NCBI GenBank assembly: GCA_001949185.1
Contig: BDGG01000010.1
Coordinates: forward strand, 687,233-751,232
Source: Ramazzottius varieornatus
Lineage: Eukaryota; Animalia; Tardigrada
Length of the DNA: 64,000 nucleotides
Direction of reading: 5' to 3'
A program made the translations under genes and the position numbers. The notes beneath the pieces were generated by a model. That model was not told where the DNA came from, ran no database searches, and saw only the letters and a list, made by a program, of their open reading frames with translations. Positions 24,811 to 37,844 of this stretch are shown here, one piece after another; within the stretch, counting starts at the first letter, position 1, and every line of letters begins with the position of its first letter.

Positions 24811-27249
24811 TTACAAGGGACAAACCTTTCTGTGATGTAAGACCACCATCAGCATAACTGCTATCCAACCTTGAATTTTCATCAGAAAGCGATTTTTAAT
24901 ACTATCGTTTCCCGGGAGGGACTAATCGACGAGTAATCGCAAAGAGTTTCCTTCTTCTACCGATCACCTCTCAATTTTCTGAATTAAGTTAGATGAGAAA
25001 CTTGGTGTGTAAGCCCAGACGTCTTTATGCCTCATGGAAGATGGAAAGAGTCAGACTGAAAATGGAAACACTATGATTGCATTTTTCTCTTTTTTGCAGG
25101 TAAATTCCGCCTCGCAAAGCAGTATTTTCGTCCCCGAGCCTGTATCGGAAAGATTGCAAGACTTTTTCCGGATGTTACGCGTGCTGAAGAGCCGTAACAA
25201 TATCATTGAGTAGTTACATCATGAGAGAGCAGCAGCGATGACGACGTCTGGAAAAGCGGAAGACCTTGGCTCACATTGTTCAACCTTACAAGCGCTTGTC
25301 AGCACTCCGGCCAGTCTCCTGTATGCTCAATTATGTAACCTCTCGTTTCGCGGTCTTCTCGGCCTGTTACGGAATCTTTGTTAGCATTTCCGGTCTATGT
25401 GTTTGCTATCGAAGAATGGTGACAGGAGTAGTCTGGTTGGGGAATTATGTAACCAGATGTCTCATTCCTTTTTACTGATGTGTTTCGGGGCGTAACCCAG
25501 CCTTGAAATCGGGCTTCGTGATGTAACACTTTCTGATTCATCCTGATTCTGTTCTTGCGTAGCCATTAGCTTTCTCTTTTCGCAGCAAATTTCTGGAAAA
25601 ATTTTTACACTACCGCTACACGGTCATTCGCCAAAGGTTTTGTCCAGCATAGACAGATGATACCCTCGTTCAGGTACGTACGTACGCTCGTACCCTTTCG
25701 AACCCACGGGGAAATCGTACAAGGCTTACAGTACGCCCAAGTTTCTTCCTTGTGATATCTGTCCTTCATGAACAGGCGAAACAAGTTTCAGTAGTACACG
25801 GTACACCTGAAGCTGTGGTGCGAGATCAAGATTTTTGATATTGGAAGTCCACCCACGCCCCGTCATCGTCATCCAATCGGTCTGTACGAAGCCAGCGAAC
25901 CAAACTTCCGGAACAGAACAGCGCCACCTGTAGGATTCATGCTTTTGCAGGCACAACTGGCGCACTTCCGGTTTACACTCGCCGCGGCAAAAATATTTGA
26001 GAGGTTCATTGATGCTCTGCTAATGCTGTCGTTTTTACAAATGGATTTTCTTGATGCTGATCCTGACACCCCGTCGCTGACAGGTATGGTGACCGCTGAA
26101 CACCTTCGAGAAGACATTCTGATGAGTGTTCTGGCCGCGGTAAGTCGCTTGTCTCATCATCTCTTCCTAAATGACCACAAAGTCATTACTGTTCATCAGT
26201 GACTATCTATTTTCTTTTTAGGGTTCGCGACACGGTCCTCCGACGCCGCCGCAGAACGGGAGTCGGGACAGTGAGAAGACATTCTGATACCTTTCCTGGC
26301 CGGGGCGAGGACACTTGCTCGATACTTCGAGTCTTTCCTGGTCCATTCATACCGCCGACTGTTCCTTTTTGATAACTTAATGGTCGCGAAAAAGGTCTGA
26401 TTGACAAAGCTCTGATGCCGCCGAAGATTGCAAGGTCTTAAGAATGGACGTACGTGCTGAAGCGTTGTACGTAAGCCCTCAAATGATGCGCCTGTGCTGG
26501 ACGAGTTTTCAGCACGACTTTTTGAGTTACCTGCCTTCCGAAGTTAACCCCCAGATGACACTAAATACCGCTGAGGAAGGGAAGGTAGCAAGCTAGCGAT
26601 TGCCCAATATGATCTCAAGTCGATCCGCTGTAATGCAGCCCACAATCAAAGGCGGAAGAGCTGTGCGGCTGTGGACATGATGATTCGTCTTCGCCCTGAC
26701 GAAAGACACAGGCTGTTGAAGGCGGAAGTGACTGTTCCTCTAACCTCAGGACCGAAGAACTGAAGCTGATCTGACCTTCCAAACTCGTCATCCTTTGGAT
26801 TCCTTTCCCCCTGTCGAGCGGCGCCACTTCTCCAAGTTTAGTATCCCTTGAAAAGCATGATCTGAAGAATATTTTTCAGAAAGCCAGTCGCTTCGAATTT
26901 GATTGTTTCATTACAGGAATCGTTCGAGATATGCCCCAATTCTGTTCCACAAACCTTCAAAACCTCAGAAAACACAAAACAGGTGTGGTCGTGTCAGAAA
27001 TGAACAAGGAACCAGATGTAAGGAGATCGAAGTGCACTAGTAAAAAGCAAGTAAGTCAAGTAAATCCGCAAAAGAATCACAAATCACTAGTGAATGGTCC
27101 ACAGACAACGCGAAAAATCGTATGAAACCCGGAAATACAGTGAGAAAGACTATCATTTGCGTGAAAACATACCGGAAAAGCTATCCTGACTAAACACCTT
27201 TCACACATATCAGAGGCTAACAAGTAACAACAAGCGAATCTAACTCCAC

Positions 27250-30200
27250 TCAACCGTCGATCAGTGCCGAAACGGTATTCGAACTTATATCCGGTTCCTG
27301 ATCGAGCGTCGTCACATGGCTCAAGGCGTCCATAAAGTTCACGTCGTCTGACGGTGAAACATCCATGCTAGGCCTGCGGCTGCCGGTATCAATATTGGAA
27401 GGTTCCGGCTGCTCATCCACCCGAGACATGCCAGCAACCTTCTCTTGGTTGGCGAAGACAGCTTTGACGAACTGCTGGGCGACTCGCTCGACATAGTTGG
27501 TGCCAAAGGGATTCTTTCCTTCCAGGAAGCCAATATGGCCTCCATGGGACGTGACGAGGATGCATAAGGTTGGGTTCGCCTTGGCTTCCTCCTTTGGTAT
27601 GGCTGGAGAAAAACAGCAAAGTCGTCATTCTGTTTATCGTCTCATCCGGAAGGATTCTTAATTACCGTCATAGGGTGAGAAAACGTCGTCGGCAGCGTTG
27701 ATAGCCAGCAGTGGTGTTTTGATGTGCGCCACTTTGTCATGAAGGGTTGCCGATCGGTAGTAATCGTCGGCGTTGGCGTAGCCGAACATTTTCGACGTCA
27801 GACTTTCATCGAACTGACGTAACGTTCGCACATTCTCCAAACCAGACAGATCGTAAGCCTTGCCAAGAATTTCCTCATGTCTGTTGAGAAGAAAAAAATT
27901 ACCATAAATAAAAAATCTTTTCGGTCGCTACTCCGATAAGACTCTTATGCACTCCCAAAGGCAAACTTACAAGAATAGTACTACGGTATAATTGTCAAGA
28001 AAATATCAGAAAGGAGGCCGTCCGCGATCAACGTGGGAAACTCGTGAATTTCAATTTCTTCAGCGACGGTTTTTTCTTCTGGGCTGTCATAGGTCAGTTT
28101 CAAACCGTCAATGCTACTTCGTAGAGTAATCAATGGGGTACCATAGCCTGCAAAGCACGACTTCGTCTGACCCATTATCGCGAAGTTAGGTCTGATTTTG
28201 CAATGGTGGATCAACGATCACAGCCAACTGGTTTCCGACTTGACTCTTTTGCGCTTGCATTCTCTCTGAGCGGCGAAGATTACAAACTGGCGGATTTAAT
28301 GCGTCACCAGTAAAACCTGGCCGTTTTGTTTCTCCATGCGCGCAGCAGAAAACAGTTTCGATAAGGACAAGCACTGACTGACTGTGTGGTAATTCACCCC
28401 TGACTCGAGTCGAGAGCAAGTGGCCAGGCAATCTTTCAGCTACTGGTCCATGGTTTTCCATGGCTGTAGCGGATGTCGCGCTGAGATCTGATTGTATCAC
28501 ATCGAAATCTACCACTTGATGTAAAAAGAGCTCAGTTTGGGCTCAACAAGCAAATTCCCAGGTTGGCCGCGGACGGCCTCAAAAGAAAAGGTTTGATTCT
28601 TTATCCACATTTTACACCATTGTTTCTTGAATTATCAGTTTTTTTAAAAACATCACCGATGTTTTCGACAGTTACGGAAGTTCGTGAACTAATCTTACTT
28701 TTGCACCGCGTCGCACAGTGCTCTTGTCAGCATTCGGTTGAAGAGCAGCCAATTCAGCGGTTCCTCAAGAACCTTGGCGGACTCGAAAAAGTTCCAGGCC
28801 ACGGAGACGGTCATGACCGCCAAGAGCAGCGAGTCTTCGTTAGCCATACCGCACTTGGCCACATAGTTTGTCAGCAGGATTCTACAATAGACAAGAGAAG
28901 CACGTTATTACCGCTCAGTCAGCCAAGGCCGCTTATGTAATCAGCAATGTCGCCTGTTGACAGTCAGCCGACCTTCCAGCTCTTTATTGGCAGTCAACAC
29001 TCAACACTAGGCTTCCCGGAAGGCCAACAGACCACAAAATGAACGATAGGCAGACAGACATGGAACACACTTCTCTTTTCAGTATTCACGGCCACGTAGT
29101 TTGAATAACTTTAGAGCGCACACCGGAAACGATTATCGGGACGAAACAAATTTACCATAGAAAAATGCATATTTACCCTCCGAGGGACACGCCGATAGCC
29201 ACGATAGGCACTGTCGGATACCGTTGCTTTAAATGTCGAATAACCTGGGCGACGTCCGTGGTATCCGCTACAGTGATAAATACTCGGTCAACACAAGAAA
29301 ACCCATCGCAAGCAAACAAATTAGATCAGCAAACAAATTAGATTAGAGAATTTTCCTATGTGGCGCACAGTTTTGGTGTTACTAGCTGAAGCCGTGCGCC
29401 AGATTGGGAAACGATCTTCGCGAATTTGAGCACACAGTGGATCTCAACCGGACTCACCCATGAAGCATCCTCGCAAGTTCCCAGTGGCTCCTCGATAGTT
29501 CATCACGACAGCGCTGCAAAGAAGAAAGAATGCTCCGTCAGGTCAGCAAGCTGAAGTTAGTCGGACAAGAGTTTTCTTACGAAAAGCCGAGTTGTTCGAC
29601 GACTTGGACCAGTCCTTGAACGTAATTCCTGGTGGAGTCACCGGTCATTCCAGGCAGGATTAGGACCAGTCCGTTCGGTGTGGGAACTGTCTGGACTGGC
29701 TGCGTTTTCGGAATAGCCTTGACTTCTTCCGCCGACTTGCTAGGAACTCCATCCGTCATACTCGTACTGGCTTCTCTGGATATCGAGGCAGTTGCCCGAT
29801 CCAGCATGCCTTCCGGCGTGTACGACAGAGGAACATCGGCGGAAATCGACGGCATGGATTCCTTGTCTGCAGGAGCTGCCGCCTCACCAACCCTACAAAA
29901 GCAAAGCCTTTTACACGGCTTCTGCATTGGGAAAAAGCTGACAGTTCCAATTTCTTACGCTTGCTCGACTTCCTGTAAGGTGTTGTAGTTTTTCAGTGAA
30001 GTCAGAACCTTTGGTATTTGAAGATACGGCATGCGTAAATGCGGTAGGAAATTGGTGTAGTAGTAACTCAGGGAATCAAACAGTGACATGCCCGAAGGCG
30101 TCTGTTCCACCACCTCGTGTCCCTCCGGAACCTCTTCTTCCCCCTTTCCCACAGGAACTTTCACGTCGTCCAAGCCAAACTCCCCCTCACCTTCAGGAAT

Positions 30201-31198
30201 GCCTTCCAACGTGTACGACGGATGTATCCGTTCTTCGTCCAGATCCTCTGATAGATCTACAACAGCATGCCACGATCGAACCAGGAGAACAAAAAGCTAA
30301 ACCGAATTTTAGAAAACGTACCGAGTTCGGGTGAAGGTGCGCGTTCCGAATGGGCTTTCTCGGAAACGGCATGTTCTCCTTTCGGACTATACGCTCCGGA
30401 ATCCACCTCCGAGTCATCATCAGAAAGGGCTGAGTGTTCGAGGTGAGCCAGTTCGATGCCCGCAGCCGAGGCAGAGCGGCGAAGGGGACCGAAGTAGGGA
30501 ATCTGGATCTGAGGCATGCGCATGTGAAGCTGGAGCTGTAGCATGCGAAGATGCGGTAGTGAGTTGTAGTAGTAACTGAGCGAGTCGAGAAGTGAAGATG
30601 GCACTACGGGAACTTCAGCTGGCGATTCTGGCTTCAACCGAGGATCCCACCAGTCAAGAGCAATTTCTGCTCCGTCAGACGTTTCAAAGACTTCCCTGCA
30701 AAACAAAATTAATTAGCATTCTCAACTCAAGCCAACCAACCAAATATCAACTGCAATGGACAGATATCCGCAGTGACGTCATGGTGTCACGGTGAAATCG
30801 AAAATCAGTAATTTGGATTTAATTAACCTCATGTAGGGATAACTCAAGCCACGATGTCTTCCTACAGCTGCCAAGATGGTCATCAAGCGAGATTCATGGA
30901 CTAGAGGCGGAGGTCGATATTCCTCCTTCAAGATGGGACAGGTTTCCTGAAGCAGCTGGATAAAAGGACCTTCTCCAGCGAAGATCTCAGGCACCTACGA
31001 ACAATGAATAAAATATATTAATAATTCACGCGGAATTTTCCCAGGAGACGACCGAATGATCGATCGCTTTTAAGAAGTTTGAGTAGTCCTTACGCGTCCC
31101 GTATTTTTCATATAATAATATGCATATCCCATGGCCCCGGGAATGCCAGACAACAAATAAGAGGGCATCATCTCGGCGATTTGTTCGAATGATTCCAT
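27250..31198 (-). CDS. ABHD1/2/3-family alpha/beta hydrolase with a long internal insertion
   Basis: N-terminal hydrophobic segment, CPILKEEYRPP, REVFETSDGAEIALDW, LVLILPGMTGDS, nucleophile GVSLGG, FGYANADDYY, INAADDVFS (Asp), HGGHIGFLEG (His). Confidence 0.88.
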
Positions 31199-32740
31199 CA
31201 AACGAAAAACGTCACCACAACACGCCAATTGATTTCCAGCCGTCCCAAACGACCGGAAATATCATCCGCCACTCGTCCTGACGCCGAGTCAAAGACCAAG
31301 AAAACCTTCCAGCGTGATTGGTGGAGACTTGTCAGGCATCAAGGCCGTCGTCGCGTGCGTATTCTAGCCTGTACGCGAACCTAGATAAGAAAGCACTAGA
31401 GTCCAAGAGAGATACCGTCTTGAAGCGCAAACCTAATAGACAACAAGTTACCAGCTTGAGGGCTTACCAGGTTTGTGAATCCACTTTCGACTTTGAGCGA
31501 CTTTGAGGGCAAAACTCTCCTTTGTTGACAGCACCTATCGAAAATTCCGCGTGCTCGACACTTTCCTGGGCGATTCCTCCGTAGTAGCAGTAGTTGCGAG
31601 ATTGACTCACCGTCGACTCAACGTGTGTGAGTGTATCGATGCCACGGTTAGCTAGGTTGATATCGACCTTCCAGTGGAACTATAAACAGCGAGCTTGGGT
31701 CGGTAAGAGCGTTTTTCATATAGATCATATTTCGCAAACACCAACAAGCTGCGAGATTCAGATCACTGACAGATCAGCATGGATGCAGCGGTGGAGACGG
31801 GAGATTTACTGACTCGTGAGCCTAATATCCAAAATCACGGAACTGTCACTTACGACCTGCCAAGAACCGGTGCAACAGGGAAACTTTATCATCAGTGCGC
31901 AAATCTTACCCTTTGAAGAGGAGACCTGGTGTTCGAACGACATTCGGAACGGCATTTTTCATATGAAAAATATCGATTGACTGTTTGCCGTTCCAAAGTT
32001 GGGCTGCACTTAATGTTGCGAAGCCCGCTCTGTGTTTGGGTAATTTATTGAGTAAATCACCCGTTCATCGCTGCACCATGGCAAGCTCGTGCTGTCTCAC
32101 GGTACGTCCGTGCTGGATCAGTGCGAGACTGCGAGTGCGATACTGTGAGTGCGAGATCACTTCGTCGAAAAAGAAAGTTTACGACAGCTGAGGCTGACGT
32201 GCGTACTCGATGTAGTTGAAACTACTCAAATGACGTCACACCGGTTCTCTGCTGTTCTGGCTCTAACGCCATGGCGAAACTCGCAGCCTACTTCAGGGTA
32301 CGCGATCGGTTTCATGGAAGACATTAAATCAGTGGATGAGTGATCACATCCGGAAGCACATATAGCTCGCCTAAAAGCCACTCCGAACAACCATCATACT
32401 TCATTACCAATTTTGAATGCGAGAAAGTGACAGCTGGAACCAGGAAGAACGAGGCTCACAACGAGAACCTTTGACCTAGAGCCCTCTTCAGACTATTCCC
32501 TTCGCAAGACGCGAAGCACCGTTATATCGTCTATCACGATATCGAAAAGTGGACTTGGTAAAGCTGAACTTCTCCGTCCTCGCAATTTCGCATGGAAAAA
32601 CTTTACAGCAAGAAAAAATTCCAACAAATTAGTGAAGCAAACCAACGGAACAGCTTTCATAAAAACGTAGCAATGCATACCGACATTAGTGTGGCACGAG
32701 CTGCACTAAAAACAGAGTTGATTAAAAGTTAAACCCTAAT

Positions 32741-34910
32741 CTATGAGACCTTGTGCTCGGAAAGGGCATTAGATTCCTCTCCGTGCTCATCTTCCGGTAC
32801 GACTTCGCCATCTCCTCCCTTCGCCAATTTTGCTTTCCTGTAAAGTGCAAACAGATGCAATCGATAACCGGACCTTGATCGTTTCATTAAATCTGTACGT
32901 CCAGACGTCGGAAATACAGACGATCGCTGCTAGATGCACAGTGGCACTTACTTATGGCACGGAAAGCACAGCGAGCTCACGCTCGTCACATTGCCCTCAT
33001 CGTCTTCTTCCCACTGCAAAGAAAGATCTGTCAGAAAAACAAGTCAATTTCAGCAAGTGAATTACAATACTGCGCTGATCAGTGGAAAGCCAGTCAGTTT
33101 CTTTCCGTTAGCTTTTCACAGGACTGTTGACAAGCGGGCCAAAAATCACAGCCGGAGTTATTGGAACTTACATCGATCTGCCATATGCAGGCGCGACCTC
33201 GTTTGCCGTTGAGGTTGGCTTTCTCGGAGCCACACTGCGAACACTTGGCGCACTGTTCACACAACCATCGTCCGTGGGGAATGCGCGGTACGCCGACGCA
33301 GAAACTGTGGTACCCTCGATCGCAAAGATCGCAGAACATCAGCTTTTCCTGCACCGAATAAAATCAACCCGATGATAAATCTCACTTCGCAGAAACAAAG
33401 GGGAAAAATTACCTCTTGGGTCGCGCGAGTGCACTTTAGGCAGATTTTACAGTCAGGACACTGCCAGGGATACTTTGTGATACAGAAAAGCGTTGCCTTG
33501 GGAAGGTGCATACAGCTGGGATGAACTGCAAAGAAGGAACAATTACAGCCTGTCTACAATTCCACTACCTTCCACTACCTTCCACTACTACAGCTTGTCT
33601 GACTAACGCTGACTTACATTTCTTCTCGCATTTTGAACAACCAATCTTCTTTTCTTTATCCAGCATGGCAGCGTTCATTTCGGGGAGGACTTTCCTGTTC
33701 TTCTTCTTCGGTGGCGCAAAGTCGTACTCGGACTTGATGACGGGCTGGCGCTCTCGAACGTGACAGGCGTAGCATTTGTTGGGCGGACAAGGATACATCT
33801 CTTCTTTCGGAGCCGGCAAGGCCGACATATCCAGCTCCTTGCTCACCTAAAAAATAAAAAATCTCAAACGATCGGAAAGAAACCATAAGTTGTCTGTTTT
33901 TACATTGGCAATTCCAGGATCGGGTCGTTCGGTTTCTTTGGTAGTTCCTTTCAGCGGAGTTTCGTCGGACTTTTGCTTTCTTTTCTTCGAGCTCGCGGTA
34001 CCAGGCTGCGGTTCTTCCGGCTGGTCTGTGACAGTCTCTTCCTCTTTCTTTTCGTTCTTGGTTTGTTCGTTATCGGAAGCGTCCGAATCTTCGTCGGAAT
34101 CCACAATACCGTGGTTTACTCCATCGCGGCTTTTCAACCGTTGGTACTCTTCGGCGGACATGTTGAGACACTGGACGGCGAACGAGGACGCTGAATGGAC
34201 GGCAGTGTTGAGCGGCAGGAAACTCAGTTCTTTCGGGGTAAATCTGCAACAGGGGTTCGAGATCGGAAACTGGAAAGTAAACAAGTTAAAGAAGGCAAGC
34301 TTGACTTACATTGGAACTGTGGTCGCGTACTGAGCAGGATAATGCATGAGTGCAACTGGGTAAGCATCGGCGCTTTTGGTGACCATCATGATCTTTGTCG
34401 GAGCGAGAGAACCATTGGTATTTGCGAGATTCCTGGCTAGATCGGGGTCGACAGGAAGGACGTTAACTGGTCGACGAGGCACATGGACAATCTGAAAACA
34501 CAGGGAAAGAACATCACCGACAGAGTCGACGCTTGACGTCAGAAGGCCAGGTGAAAACTAGTGTGAAACATGTGACGTCATGAGGTAACTCTTGAAATAC
34601 TTACGTTTGTCTGAAGATCGAAAGAACATCTGCGCTCATTCATCCTTTGCTGATTAAGAAACGTGTTGTACTTCGCCACAGCTTTCAGAGCTTTCTGCTT
34701 TTGTAGTCTCAACCGGTTTTCGCGGTGAACGTGCGGATTGAAGAGATTTGCAGCGGAGAAGATTTTTTCGTTGTCGATGTCAGCAGATGGCGGAGCAGAA
34801 GAGGACATGGAGGTAGCCTTTGAGCAGCTTGGACCGTTTCCGCTGAGTATATCAGGTGATTCCTGCAACGATCCTTCTAGCGCCAAGTTAGAAGCACTGT
34901 CGTAATCCAT
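32741..34910 (-). CDS. PHF10: PHF10/SAYP-like PBAF subunit with tandem PHD fingers
   Basis: [46 protein letters not shown] match the SAY region. Double [37 protein letters not shown], plus an extra Cys segment. Confidence 0.85.
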
Positions 34911-35705
34911 CCTGCGAAAAACTATTTCGATCCCGTTAGAGAAGCTACACGAACTGAGGAGGTACCGAGGAAAACTGGAAGGATTTTGAATGTGAAGGAT
35001 TCAGGAACTCAGAGGGAATGCGAAACTTCTTCGCTTAATGGGCGAAATTACTGTATTACCTCCAAGGTTTCGCGCAGTCACGTGACATTTCAGTGGATTA
35101 CACCCGGGGCCTCACATCACGGATTGTTTGATTGTAGCACATTGTTACGCTTGATTGGCCACGAATTTTTGATTGATGGCAGTAACCTTTCTTATCCCCG
35201 CCACGCGATGTTCACTGGCCTGTCACGTGACTAATACAGTAACATGGGCCGTGAAAAACCATCCGTTCTGCCTTTCGGAGCCCGTTGTAGCGAGTGCGGA
35301 CAGCCGTCAGCGAAGCGCAAACGGAAAACACGGTGTAGACTATTCAGGTTCGGGTTAACGGGTTGCTTTGCGGTACGGCAAAGCATTGTAAATCATCCAC
35401 AGTTCAGTTTTTGAGCCAGAAATCCAGACATGATTTGCGACTCTTTCTCAGCGTCTTTTCTTCGCTCTCGTTTGCGGAAGTAGCTTTGTTTTGTCATTCG
35501 AGACTTTTCGATAATCTATGGCACTCTACAGTGGATGTCCAAATTCTTTCTGTTCCTCTACCTGACGAGACAGTTGCTGAAGGCACGGGAAGGTAAGTTC
35601 AGCACCATCTTCCACCACCGGAAGTTTACAAGTTATTACGGATGACTCTTGTTCAGGCTCGGTCTTTCTTCATTTAGGATTTCGGTGGTCATTGCAAGCC
35701 CCTAC

Positions 35706-36600
35706 AGCGGTAGCCATTTGGAACGGTGGAATTCCTATTTGGAACACTAGCAAAAATCGGAGGAAATTTAGGAATTCCACGAGGTAAACAGTCGAAGATC
35801 CAGCAGATCGTGTCGAAAAACTGAACCCGATGCAGGCTCACACATGCGTACCACTGAGGCTAATTGGTCGTTCAGTTGAACGACCAGTAGCATTTTCGAT
35901 CCGTCGCACTAAAGTATGCGGCGCATTCAACTGTGCGTAAGTCCTCGATTTTCCCTTGGACTTTCAGGTCCGACAAAACCGAAAGTTCGGATCGGCCAAT
36001 CTCCAGCTGGCTTTCAGTCTCAAAACCAATATTTGTTGATGACTTCAGATCATGGTTATTGTTTTAGATGGGTATTGTAAATATTCGCTGCGTCCGCGGA
36101 GTACGTCATCGTACAAGTGAAGTAGAGCCCCGGTCCGGTTTCACGGATTGCGCAACCCCCTACGGGGAAGCATCGTCACGTACGTGTATGTACTGCGCGG
36201 ACGCAGCGAATATTTACAGTATGTAAAGAGAACTAAACTGGCAAATGGGACTTCGGAATTCTAGATTTTTGCGAGGATCTTCTGGAGAAGGAAACAGGAA
36301 ATAGGAATATAGGAATATTAGGAATTCCCTTCCTGTTCTCCATTCCAAGGGTATTCGGCCTGGAATTTACAACCTTAGAACGCAGGGTCACACGAAAATG
36401 GTCCATTGAGAAAAGTTGTAAATTCCAGGCCGAATACCCTTGGAATGGATTTACCTCGTGGAATTCCTAAATTTCCTCCGATTTTTGCTAGTGTTCCAAA
36501 TAGGAATTCCACCGTTCCAAACGGCTACCGCTCGGAACGAACGGAATTCCAGGAATGGAACAGAATTTGGAAAGGAATGGAATTATGAATTCACAACCTT
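35706..36600. repeat. Cluster of nested inverted repeats (GGAAT/ATTCC-rich MITE-like family)
   Basis: 35706-35787 is near reverse-complementary to 36450-36532; 36341-36375 to 36412-36448. Segment 36412-36600 is bounded by aa(a/g)gttgt(a/g)aattc-type inverted ends. Confidence 0.8.
36075..36219. mobile_element. 145-bp MITE with approx. 30-bp TIRs and TA target-site duplication
   Basis: TA-ttgtaaatattcgctgcgtccgcggagtac ... gtactgcgcggacgcagcgaatatttacag-TA. Confidence 0.8.
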
Positions 36601-36871
36601 ACCATTGAGCGAAGAAGTTTGGGAATGCTGTGCCATTTTTATCAATCAGCAATCAACCTGCTGCGAGCTGCGCAGCCTACGCCGTTTCCCCCCCTCGCGG
36701 GCGTGGTAGGCGGGAATCCCGGGGAGGACAGCAGCCAAACAGAAATTTGTTCGTTCTTTGGTTTCTGAGTTTCTCGTGGATTCTTCTCTCCTTCCGTCCT
36801 TCTCGATCGCAACTTTCTCGTTTTGCAACGCTATTTACTTGAGCTGGTGTTTTTTGCAGGTACATTGGAGG

Positions 36872-37270
36872 ATGCGGCTGACACCGTTACTGAATAAGCC
36901 CACCCTGCGGCATGGCTACGAACGCGCAGTCTCGAAGGTGCTGAAGCTGATCAGTTTGAAGCCCATAAACGAGATCCAGTTTACCGTTGACCCTTTCACG
37001 ATGAACATCAAGTCTGCAAGAGAATCTATGACGTATCTTTCGGCTGACAAAGTTCTGGAATCGAATCCTCGGCTAGAGGTGCGAACGAAAGTTGTGGACG
37101 ACCGGAGTGAACCAACAATGTTAGCGACGTTTGCAGACGGAAAGAAATACCTTTTTAAGACGGCTAACCTCACTGGCCTCGAAATTATGGAGCAGCTCGA
37201 TCGCCTGTCTCTTTTGAGAGAACCCAGAAATATGGCGCTCATCAAACCACCCAGAACAAGAGGAAAATAG
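36872..37270 (+). CDS. MRPL53: Mitochondrial ribosomal protein L53
   Basis: LKLISLKPINEIQFTVDPF..KSARE..LSADKVLESNP..VVDDRSEP..F.DG..FKTANLTGLEI resembles mL53. Single coding exon after an acceptor at approx. 36859. Confidence 0.8.
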   Translation: MRLTPLLNKPTLRHGYERAVSKVLKLISLKPINEIQFTVDPFTMNIKSARESMTYLSADKVLESNPRLEVRTKVVDDRSEPTMLATFADGKKYLFKTANLTGLEIMEQLDRLSLLREPRNMALIKPPRTRGK

Positions 37271-37844
37271 TCCGACGAAGTGGTCGTGTGTACAGTGTCA
37301 TTGTGTTGTCACGTTTATGCTCCCCGAGTTCTAGTGTCTATTTCGCTGTTGGACTACTCTATATGTTGTAAAACTTCCGTTTAGTCTTTTAAGAATTCTC
37401 GGGTTTCTGGTGGATCCATCCAGGAGGTCGTGAACAATGGATATTGTGGACTTCCGGCTGATTTCTCGTCCGTCTCGTGAAAATCGATCGATAAGCGATC
37501 AAGGTCACCCAGGGTTCCAGGCAGACGAGGGGGAATTTTACAAGTCTTTACCGGTCGGCGTGCCATATCAATGGATTGGTGTGGCGTGCTGACCGCCGTG
37601 CTCGGCTTGGTGGGAAGTGCAGCAGAGGGTGAAATGTGGTGAAGGCAAGGCCTCGTTCTGCAACTTTTTTAGTTTTCTAGGAAAATGTTTTTTGGCTTCC
37701 TCGGATCTCCGCTTCATACTTCGCTTTCTTTGGGCATGGGGATCGTATCCATAGAATTTTGGTATCCAGTTCTTCGATAAGCGGACAGAAACTTGTACCT
37801 ACGACAGAGCGCGGGAACAGCTGAGCGAAGTCAAGGGGAGCACC

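Noticed and set aside
25939-26400. Possible small spliced ORF with a 16-bp direct repeat (gagaagacattctgat)
   Set aside because: Too short and no recognisable homology; splice-like signals alone are insufficient.
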